Translations under genes and position numbers: made by a program
Notes under the pieces: model-generated
Database searches by the model: none
What the model was told of the DNA's origin: nothing
Seen by the model: only the letters and a program-made list of their open reading frames with translations
Part shown: one piece after another, positions 1 through 7,587 of the stretch
Layout of the letters: the number at the start of each line of letters is the position of its first letter
Position numbering within the stretch: position 1 is the first letter of the stretch
Assembly (NCBI RefSeq): GCF_000145295.1
Contig: NC_014408.1
Location: forward strand, 1,350,001 to 1,382,000
DNA length: 32,000 bases
Source of the DNA: Methanothermobacter marburgensis str. Marburg
Lineage (GTDB): Archaea > Methanobacteriota > Methanobacteria > Methanobacteriales > Methanothermobacteraceae
Direction: 5' to 3'

Positions 1-2074
1 CTTTCTGTATTGTTTCCGGTTTGTTTGCAAAATCAAGTATGAATGTATCGTTTTTGTTTTTCATGATCCGGTTGACCCTGTTAAGTGTCTGAACTGCTGC
101 GATACCATTAAGCGGCTTATCAACATACATGGTATGTAATAATGGCTGATCAAATCCAGTTTGGTACTTATTTGCAACAATCAATATTCTGTATGGATCC
201 TCCTCAAAAGCATTCTCTATTGATTTAGATGGAGGGATATCGTTCATTGACGTCTCAGTATACTCCTCACCATCATGCTTGACCGTGCCTGTAAAAGCAA
301 CAAGCGTTTTTATAGGGTAATTCATCTCCCTGATGTATTTATCAAATGTTTTCTTGTACTGCACTGCGTGTAGGCGGGATCTTGTTACAACCATTGCCCT
401 TGCTCTGCCACCAATCTTGTGGATAGTAGAGTTCATGAAATGATCCGCCATTATCTCCGTTTTTTTCCTTATTGAATGGGGGTGTTCCTCAACGAACTTA
501 CGTAATACTCTTTTAGCCTTCTTTTCTTCAAATTCTGGATCTTCTTCCACCGTCTTAATCAAATTGAAATATGTCTTATATGAAATGTAATTTCTGAGAA
601 CATCAAGAATGAAACCTTCTTTGATAGCTTGTTTCATTGAGTAAACATGAAATGGACGGTATTCCCCATACTCATTTCTTGTCCCAAACATTTCAAGTGT
701 TTTGTTTTTTGGTGTGGCTGTAAATGCAAAGAAGCTCACATTTTTAAGATCTCTAAAAGATTCTATTTCATGGAGTAGTTCCATTTGAACGTCATTACTT
801 ACATCGTCAATTAAAGCCGCTTCTTCAAGGCTTTTAACACTTAATACCTGCTTCATCTTCCTGGCAAGAGAACCCGACTGGCTTGAATGTGCCTCATCTA
901 TTATAACTGCATACTTTCTCTTTGGGAGATCTCTTACTTCCTCCATTACAAAGGGAAACTTCTGTAGAGTCGTCACTACAATGTTACTTCCCGTTTTGAG
1001 GGCCTCGGCAAGCTGATGGGAATCCCTATCAATTTTTTCAACTATCCCAATCCGCCTCTCAATTGCCTTTATCTGGTCTTGTAACTGGCGATCTATAACC
1101 CTCCTGTCTGAAACAACAATTACCATGTCATATATTCTCTTGTCAAATGAGTCAAACTTGTTTAGTAATCCATGTGCCAACCATGATATTGTCTTGGTTT
1201 TGCCACTTCCAGGACTGTGCTGTATAAGGTAATTTTGACCCGGCACTGATTCGTCAAGTAATCTGTCAACACATTCCAACTGGTGATACCTTGGAAATAT
1301 TACTGTCTCATTACCCGTCCTCACATTTTTTTCCACGAAGATGAAATTGTTAATAAGTCTTGAGAGCTTGTTGACCTGTAAGATGTCATTATAAAGGTAA
1401 CTCGTTTTGTAATCATTTTTCAGGGGCGGGTTTTCGAGACCCTTGTTAAAGGGCAGGAAGCGGGTATGCTCTCCTTCAAGTTTTGTTGTCATATATATTT
1501 TCTCATCACTCATGGCAAAGTGCACAAGGCATCGCTGGAATAATTTTTCATTTGGGTCCCTATCTTTCCTGTACTGATCCATCGCTTTTTCAACACCTTG
1601 AGTGAACGTATTTTTAAGTTCTATGGTGAGTATAGGTAGCCCGTTGATAAAAATTACAATGTCAAGGCGATCTTTTTTTCTCTCATGATATTGAAGTTCG
1701 TCAATAACTGAAAATATATTACTCTCAAATTTCATGAAAAGGTCGGGGTTACGGTTATTATTGGGCTTGGGGTAGAATAGTTTAAAATGGGCACCCGCCT
1801 CGTGAAATCCATTTCTGAGGAGATAGATAGTTCCTTTTCTTTCGAGTTCGGAAATGAGCCTATGGAAGAATTTCTTTGTTGCGTCTTCCCCATAAACTCT
1901 TTGCAATTGCTCCCACTGTTCCAATTGGGTCTCCATTATGAATTGTAGGGTAATTTCAGGGTCAATACAAGCTGTTTTATCATAGTTATGACTTTTTCTG
2001 CGCTGGTAGCCCGTGCTTAGAAGATAATTGATAATGTGCTCCTGAAATCTCTTTTCAGACGTATCAGTCGACAT
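1..2074 (-). CDS. hsdR: Type I restriction enzyme R subunit (HsdR), C-terminus cut by the window edge
   Basis: Absent from the supplied ORF track because it runs off the left edge. My minus-strand translation from the ATG at 2074-2072 reads MSTDTSEKRFQEHIINYLL... It has a PD-(D/E)xK-like motif RLDIVIFINGLPILTIELK, Walker A QHSPGSGKTKT (about 1196-1228) and a DEAH box VIIDEAHSS (about 887-913). All motifs checked are in one frame, and I saw no stop down to position 2. Confidence 0.9.
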   Translation of the reverse strand, partial: MSTDTSEKRFQEHIINYLLSTGYQRRKSHNYDKTACIDPEITLQFIMETQLEQWEQLQRVYGEDATKKFFHRLISELERKGTIYLLRNGFHEAGAHFKLFYPKPNNNRNPDLFMKFESNIFSVIDELQYHERKKDRLDIVIFINGLPILTIELKNTFTQGVEKAMDQYRKDRDPNEKLFQRCLVHFAMSDEKIYMTTKLEGEHTRFLPFNKGLENPPLKNDYKTSYLYNDILQVNKLSRLINNFIFVEKNVRTGNETVIFPRYHQLECVDRLLDESVPGQNYLIQHSPGSGKTKTISWLAHGLLNKFDSFDKRIYDMVIVVSDRRVIDRQLQDQIKAIERRIGIVEKIDRDSHQLAEALKTGSNIVVTTLQKFPFVMEEVRDLPKRKYAVIIDEAHSSQSGSLARKMKQVLSVKSLEEAALIDDVSNDVQMELLHEIESFRDLKNVSFFAFTATPKNKTLEMFGTRNEYGEYRPFHVYSMKQAIKEGFILDVLRNYISYKTYFNLIKTVEEDPEFEEKKAKRVLRKFVEEHPHSIRKKTEIMADHFMNSTIHKIGGRARAMVVTRSRLHAVQYKKTFDKYIREMNYPIKTLVAFTGTVKHDGEEYTETSMNDIPPSKSIENAFEEDPYRILIVANKYQTGFDQPLLHTMYVDKPLNGIAAVQTLNRVNRIMKNKNDTFILDFANKPETIQK

Positions 2075-2122
2075 TATGGATCCTCTCTTATGTACACAAT
2101 TATTTTTGTAATGTTTTAAAAT

Positions 2123-2983
2123 TTATCTCGGTTCATTTTTAATAAAATTACCAATTCTTGATAATTCATAGATAGCTGCTTTTAACACTTGTTCACAAAG
2201 CAAAGCTGTGTGTTTGTTTGGATAAAACTTATCCTCTAATTGTTTATATGGATGGATATAATTTCTAAAATCTCGTAAATAGTGACTAAATACTTTCACG
2301 TCCCTTTTTAAAAATCCTATTTCATAGGATACGTTAATTAAATCATTTAATTTCCATTTATCAAATTTCTTAACCTTACCATTTTTCTCCCGCGGCGATG
2401 AATTTGCTCTTCCATATTCTTCAGGATACTGAGAAGCTATCCCTAATAATATCCCCTCTAAAGTGCTGCCGATGAGAAAAATAGAAGCTAAATAAGCCTC
2501 ATTATTTAAACAGATACGGATCTCATTCATTCTTGAGTTAAGCATAGTCACAATATTTTCATCAAATCCCAATGAAAAAAAATCGGGGACATCAAATTCC
2601 CGCTGTAAAAAAAATTCTTCGCCGTTAGAACCAGTTTCCAGTGATTCATCTAATATAAACTTAGCTTTTTCGAATAATTTCCAATTTTTTTCATTGTCGC
2701 AATCATAGAGATATTCATAGTAGTCCAACAAATCTCTTAATAGTTTATGAACGGTAGCATCGGATTCTATATCCCAGAAACATCTTAATCTGTTTGCTTT
2801 TGAGTGACTAGGATAACCCAATTCGTCACATGCTTTTTCATAATCCTCATCAAAAATATCTTTACCTACACTAGTTCTAACAAAATCTCGAAAGGTTTTA
2901 TTTGAAAAGTCTAAAACATAGCCTGTCTTCATGTTAAATAACTTTTCAAATATTTGTCTTTGTAATTTATTTAAGGTCGACAT
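2123..2983 (-). CDS. HEPN-like protein embedded in the type I R-M operon (putative R-M-associated RNase / abortive-infection effector)
   Basis: 286-aa ORF. Its start overlaps the hsdS stop by 17 nt, and its stop lies 48 nt before the hsdR start. The C-terminal helical region carries LRDFRNYIHP (R237...H244 = Rx6H, nt 2252-2275). The N-terminus has GYVLDFSNKTFRDF and SKANRLRCFW, which I recall from Abi/HEPN-type defence proteins. No P-loop is present. Confidence 0.6.
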   Translation of the reverse strand: MSTLNKLQRQIFEKLFNMKTGYVLDFSNKTFRDFVRTSVGKDIFDEDYEKACDELGYPSHSKANRLRCFWDIESDATVHKLLRDLLDYYEYLYDCDNEKNWKLFEKAKFILDESLETGSNGEEFFLQREFDVPDFFSLGFDENIVTMLNSRMNEIRICLNNEAYLASIFLIGSTLEGILLGIASQYPEEYGRANSSPREKNGKVKKFDKWKLNDLINVSYEIGFLKRDVKVFSHYLRDFRNYIHPYKQLEDKFYPNKHTALLCEQVLKAAIYELSRIGNFIKNEPR

Positions 2984-4274
2984 TTTTACCGACTCTTTCT
3001 TTCACATCAACTTTTCCTGTGACAAGGTGATAAATGAGCGATTTCTTGTATTCCTTAAGAAGATCAACATTTTTTTGGATTTTTTTGGTTGTCAAATTAA
3101 TTTTTGAACTATTTTGATCCAAATAACTAACAATAATTTTCTGTTCCTTAAGAGGCGGAACTTGAATTCTTAAGTTTTTAATTACATGCTGGCTAATATT
3201 CGGCTGCCCTCCACCATCACTTAAAGATATGATATTATCTCTATTACTAAAAAACCAATAGAAAACAAACTTAATGTCTAATATATTACTGTTTGACAAT
3301 ACACAACAAGCTTGATTGACACAAGCATCTATGTTAAGTAAAGATATCTTTCCAATTGTAGCGCCATACATGGCAACTATTAAGGAATTCTTCTTATAGA
3401 TTTTTAGAGCACTATAGTCCCTCAAAGCTTTTTTTGTGATCCTTTTTGATGTTTCATTTAAAATAGAATCATTTAAATCCCCAGTAATGACCCAAGGGAT
3501 GGTGCCTCTATTATAATAACTTCCATCTTGAGATTTGGGCGTTGTTCCACTGCCAATAATCTCAAAACTTCGAGATATTTTTCTTAATTCCCAATTTTGA
3601 GGAATTTCACCAATCCACTTAACACCAGAATACTTCATTTTTACATTAGGATTCAGACCTTTCGTCACCGCCTGATTTATTAATGCGTTTCTTTTTTCTT
3701 GTAAAAGATCGATAAGTCGAGTATACTTCTCTATTGTTAGATCAATTTTAGATATCTTGCTATCTAGAAAGGACGCTATCTTCCTTTGTTCTTCTAAACT
3801 AGGGTATGGGATTCTAATAGTTGCCAATACATTATCTTTAACATGAGGAATACCCATCCCCGTGGTCAAATCCTTCAACAAAGGCTCAAAAGCCTTGCAT
3901 AGATACTTTGAGTACCCCAGATCCATCTCTGACACAATTAATTTAACCATTGTGGACGATAAATAACCGTCTTTGCCTTCTAAGAACTCTCCAGCATTTG
4001 AACCATCCCATAACAACAACAAATCCCCATCATTAACCCTAACAGCACCTCCATCAGAATCACAGTAAAAAACCTTAGATTCTCTTCCTCTCAGATAATC
4101 CATAGTAAGATACGGAAGAGAATCCCCAGATGGAGTCTCTCGAAGATCTTTAGGAACCTTTCCTTTTATATACTTAAAATGGATTTTAAACCTGTGCACA
4201 TTCCACCCACAAGGTATCTCACCAATCCACTCAACACCAGAATCCTTATATTCAGGGTAAGGTTTTAAATTCAT
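2967..4274 (-). CDS. hsdS: Type I R-M specificity subunit (HsdS), two target-recognition domains
   Basis: 435 aa with the internal duplication typical of HsdS. YKDSGVEWIGEIPCGWN matches YSGVKWIGEIPQNWE. There are two conserved coiled spacer regions (LEEQRKIASFLDSKISKIDL... and LKEQKIIVSYLDQNSSKINL...). Confidence 0.92.
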   Translation of the reverse strand: MNLKPYPEYKDSGVEWIGEIPCGWNVHRFKIHFKYIKGKVPKDLRETPSGDSLPYLTMDYLRGRESKVFYCDSDGGAVRVNDGDLLLLWDGSNAGEFLEGKDGYLSSTMVKLIVSEMDLGYSKYLCKAFEPLLKDLTTGMGIPHVKDNVLATIRIPYPSLEEQRKIASFLDSKISKIDLTIEKYTRLIDLLQEKRNALINQAVTKGLNPNVKMKYSGVKWIGEIPQNWELRKISRSFEIIGSGTTPKSQDGSYYNRGTIPWVITGDLNDSILNETSKRITKKALRDYSALKIYKKNSLIVAMYGATIGKISLLNIDACVNQACCVLSNSNILDIKFVFYWFFSNRDNIISLSDGGGQPNISQHVIKNLRIQVPPLKEQKIIVSYLDQNSSKINLTTKKIQKNVDLLKEYKKSLIYHLVTGKVDVKERVGKNVDLK

Positions 4275-4293
4275 GAAAAACTACTCCCAAACC

Positions 4294-6309
4294 CTAATCA
4301 TCCAGATCATCCTTTATAAGTTCCAAGATCTCACTAGTCAATTTCTGGATATCACTATTAATATCCTCTAGAGATCTTGGAGGTTTATACTTGTAAAAGT
4401 ACTGGTTGAAATTTATTTCATAACCTATCTTATCCTTTTTTCGATCCATCCAGGCATCCGGATAATATGGTAAGACTTCTCTTTTGAAATACTCATCGAT
4501 ATCCTCCTTTAGGGGTATCCTCTCAGTATCCCTTAACTTAGGATCAGGTTTTATATTACCCCTCGTATCAGTAACATAGTCAGCAGTTTCATCATGTTCA
4601 GAAAGGGCATGTATAATATTTCTTATAAAGGCGTTTGAAAGTTCAAAATTTTTCAGGGTCCTTTTAACTTCCTTTTCAAAATCCTTCCAGTTTTTATAGT
4701 GGCCATTAATTTTCTGGAGCGCCCTAATAATGTCTAACTGCAATTTTTTCCCTTTCTCCTCCTCAATCATTCTCTTCTCAATATTTTTATTCTTGCTCTC
4801 AGCCAATTTTCTGAATGCATTCATAGAGTATAGATTCTGCAGTCGCTCTTCAGTCACTTCAAAGTTCAGTTGCATGGGTCTTTCTACAGTGACCTTTACG
4901 TAACCAAAGTCATCGTTATCAAATATTTTAACCATATCGTTTTCACTGAAGTTTCTGTAGAAAGTAAGAATATCGTCTATATCCCTGTCACTTAATTGGT
5001 GTCTCTTCTTACCAAGACTTTTTCTCATCTTCACGTACTTGGAGGATGCATCTATTAGCTGTATCTTACCAATCCTATCAGGGGACTTCTGATTTGTCAG
5101 GATCCATATGTAAGTCCTTATGCTCGTGTTATAGAATAACTGATCTGGAAGACCTATAATGGTCTCCAGATAATCATTTTCAATTATCCATCGCCTGATG
5201 TTACTTTCTCCAGACCCAGCATCGCCTGTGAATAGGGGTGAGCCATTTGTAATGACGGCTATTCTGGATTTTTCATCATCCTTCATCTTTGATAACATGT
5301 GCTGTATGAAAAGAAGCTGCCCATCTTTTATTCCAGGGAGTCCTGCTCCAAATCTCCCATCAAATCCAAGTTCAGCTTCCTTTTCAACAACCTCTTTATC
5401 TTGCTCCCATTTACGACCGTAAGGAGGGTTTGATATCATAAAGTCAAATTTTTCATCCTTTAACTGATCATCAGAAAGAGTGCTTGATGGTCCCTTTATA
5501 TTTTCAGCGCGCTCGCCCTTAATAAGCATGTCCGCCTTGCATATTGCATATATCTCTTCATTAATTTCCTGACCATACAGTACCACATCAATCGTGTCGT
5601 TTATCTCCCTTACAAAATTCTTACAACTTGTTAACATGCCCCCTGTTCCACACGCAGGGTCGTATATCTTCTTAATGAGGTTCTTTTCCTTCAGATTCTC
5701 TCCATTCTCCAAAAAAAGAAGATGAGTCATGAGCTTAACAACATCACGTGGCGTGAAGTGTTGTCCCGCCTCTTCATTTGACTGTTCGGAGAACCTCCTG
5801 ATGAGTTCCTCAAAGATGATTCCCATATCATGGTTGGATATCTTATCCGGATGAAGGTCAACCTTGGACTCTGAAAATTTCTTTATGAGGAGGTATAAAA
5901 GGTTGGCCTTTGAAAGTTTCTCTATATGCGTTTTGATGTAGAAGTTTTCAAAGATGTCCTTAACATTTGGGCTGAAACAGTCCAAATAGTGCATAAGATT
6001 CTCCTCGATATGATCAGGGTCTTCAAGGAGGGATTTAAAGTCATATTTTGAGTAGTTATAAAATCCAAGCTTTCTTCCATCTTTATCGACGGCAGCTGCC
6101 TCTAAAATGGGATCAAGATTTTCTATCTTATCTTTATATTCGTTGTACTTTCTTAGGACATCATCTTTTGAGTGTTCTAGAACGCAGTCAAATCGTTTTA
6201 AAACTGTGAATGGGAGTATAACCTTTTGGTATTCGTTTCTTTTGTATGTGTCCCTCAGTAGATCAGCTATGTCCCATATAAAAGATACTATGTCCTGATG
6301 GTTTTCCAT
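4294..6309 (-). CDS. hsdM: Type I R-M N6-adenine DNA methyltransferase subunit (HsdM), long form
   Basis: 671 aa. It has an HsdM N-terminal helix (IVSFIWDIADLLRDTYKRNEYQKVILPFTVLKRFD), SAM motif I DPACGTGGML, catalytic motif IV FDFMISNPPYG and a C-terminal KIGYEINFNQYFY module. Confidence 0.95.
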   Translation of the reverse strand: MENHQDIVSFIWDIADLLRDTYKRNEYQKVILPFTVLKRFDCVLEHSKDDVLRKYNEYKDKIENLDPILEAAAVDKDGRKLGFYNYSKYDFKSLLEDPDHIEENLMHYLDCFSPNVKDIFENFYIKTHIEKLSKANLLYLLIKKFSESKVDLHPDKISNHDMGIIFEELIRRFSEQSNEEAGQHFTPRDVVKLMTHLLFLENGENLKEKNLIKKIYDPACGTGGMLTSCKNFVREINDTIDVVLYGQEINEEIYAICKADMLIKGERAENIKGPSSTLSDDQLKDEKFDFMISNPPYGRKWEQDKEVVEKEAELGFDGRFGAGLPGIKDGQLLFIQHMLSKMKDDEKSRIAVITNGSPLFTGDAGSGESNIRRWIIENDYLETIIGLPDQLFYNTSIRTYIWILTNQKSPDRIGKIQLIDASSKYVKMRKSLGKKRHQLSDRDIDDILTFYRNFSENDMVKIFDNDDFGYVKVTVERPMQLNFEVTEERLQNLYSMNAFRKLAESKNKNIEKRMIEEEKGKKLQLDIIRALQKINGHYKNWKDFEKEVKRTLKNFELSNAFIRNIIHALSEHDETADYVTDTRGNIKPDPKLRDTERIPLKEDIDEYFKREVLPYYPDAWMDRKKDKIGYEINFNQYFYKYKPPRSLEDINSDIQKLTSEILELIKDDLDD

Positions 6310-6478
6310 TAAAGCACCGCCACAATTTTTTCATGTGTTATTATTGATTTCAATGATATTACAAAGCATGAATTATCTCCTATCTAAAATGGAATCCAAG
6401 GTGTGTGTCAGTAAATCATCGACCTGAACAACATATAAACTGCAATCTACAGTCTGTAGTTATTAATCAGTTAGTTTA

Positions 6479-7027
6479 TTACTTTTTTAATTTTTCTAAT
6501 TGGCGTCTAGCGATTTTTGCAACTCGTTCCTCACTTTTTGCAATATGAAGCCACGTTTTTTTGCTGAAATTGCAGTATGGACAACGTATATCATACCAAT
6601 AAAATTTATCAACCTGCTCTAAGTCGGTTTCGCATTTTGGACATCTAGGACCTTCAATATTAACAAGCCTTTCATTTACTTGACTGCGATTTACTGGGTT
6701 GGGAGTCCTTATTCTCCATAGTAGTCCATCATATCTCAATTCAAAATTAACAACCCATCCCATTGCAGATCCAGCTGCATATGGATGAACCATATATCGC
6801 ATCCTCCTGCGGATGAAGACTGTGATAATCCATACTGTTATAAGTATTATTGAAAATTGGCAAATCATGTTTGAGTAAGAATAAACAAATTTTAGATTAA
6901 ATCTTATTAAATGTGAACAAAGAAAGGGGGCGACAAAACTAAAGATTGCTGCCACAAGAGGAGAACAATAGCTAGTAATTAAAATTTCTTTTATGTTCAT
7001 CTTTTTTTCTCCCAAGAGCCATGTCAA
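6479..7027 (-). CDS. Membrane-anchored Zn-ribbon protein, function unknown
   Basis: 182-aa ORF. Two hydrophobic helices (LVAAIFSFVAPFLCSHLI, FSIILITVWIITVFI) precede a soluble domain with CPKC-x16-CPYC. The start may instead be the ATG at 7000 (MNIKEIL), which is preceded by GGGAGA. It has island composition and the same strand as the R-M operon, 169 nt upstream of hsdM. Confidence 0.6.
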   Translation of the reverse strand: MTWLLGEKKMNIKEILITSYCSPLVAAIFSFVAPFLCSHLIRFNLKFVYSYSNMICQFSIILITVWIITVFIRRRMRYMVHPYAAGSAMGWVVNFELRYDGLLWRIRTPNPVNRSQVNERLVNIEGPRCPKCETDLEQVDKFYWYDIRCPYCNFSKKTWLHIAKSEERVAKIARRQLEKLKK

Positions 7028-7236
7028 CTTAACTATTCTCTTCGAATTCTATATCTACTAGTTTAGAATATAACATCTACTAACTTAAATATGTTTAAGT
7101 ATTGTGAAAGAGCTTACATATGTCATGTCATTTTTATAAGCGAAAAGTATCAGTATTAACATTCAGAGGCTATGAAGAAATGTGTAAAGTTTGTATTTAA
7201 TCGATTGGTGTTTCCATGCCAGAGGACCTATTTTAA

Positions 7237-7330
7237 AGTAAAAATCCCAATTTGGTCTGATTTCAAGAAATAATTGCAGAAACGACGTGATTGTACTTGT
7301 ATTTTCAATCCCAATTTGGTCTGATTTTAC
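7237..7330 (-). CRISPR. Orphan mini-CRISPR: 2 repeats (30 nt) and 1 spacer (34 nt), no cas genes in window
   Basis: Repeat 7301-7330 is attttcaatcccaatttggtctgattttac. Repeat 7237-7266 is agtaaaaatcccaatttggtctgatttcaa, with an identical 20-nt core atcccaatttggtctgattt and degenerate ends. The spacer is 7267-7300. On the minus strand the intact repeat ends in GATTGAAAAT, like the archaeal ATTGAAA-type 5'-handle. It resembles the 30-nt repeat I recall from Methanothermobacter arrays (from memory, unverified). An AT-rich leader-like stretch at 7331-7437 lies on the side of the intact repeat. Confidence 0.65.
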
Positions 7331-7587
7331 TTTAATACAATATGTAACTATAGTCTTATATATTTATTGAACTGACATGTTAAGTTAATGACCCGCATAA
7401 AAAACTTATAAAAGATTTTTTTCAGAGTAATAAATGAAAACTCAGGTTAACCGAGACGTTCTCACACCATCTACAGAAAGATTTTCCACCCAACCCCTCT
7501 TTCATTATAAACCTTCTTGAACGGTCTGTCTCCAGGTTTAAGATTGTTCTTGAAGAACTATTCCAGACAGGCCCCATCCACAGGGAA

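Larger units (their letters stand above)
1..7440. other. AT-rich genomic (defence) island; left end lies beyond the window
   Basis: Hand counts on sampled 60-nt lines give ~30-35% GC left of ~7440 and ~50% to the right. All island genes are on the minus strand. It contains a type I R-M operon plus a mini-CRISPR. The right border coincides with a start-less open frame beginning at 7438. Confidence 0.7.

Noticed and set aside
5198-6298. Plus-strand ORFs 5198..5422 and 6107..6298 inside hsdM
   Set aside because: They are antisense to a strongly supported methyltransferase gene and have Ser/Pro/Phe-rich shadow-frame composition.
6447-6459. Palindrome ctacag-t-ctgtag between the Zn-ribbon gene and hsdM
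   Set aside because: It is too short and its 1-nt centre cannot form an RNA hairpin. It could be a protein site, but one 13-mer in AT-rich DNA is not significant on its own.
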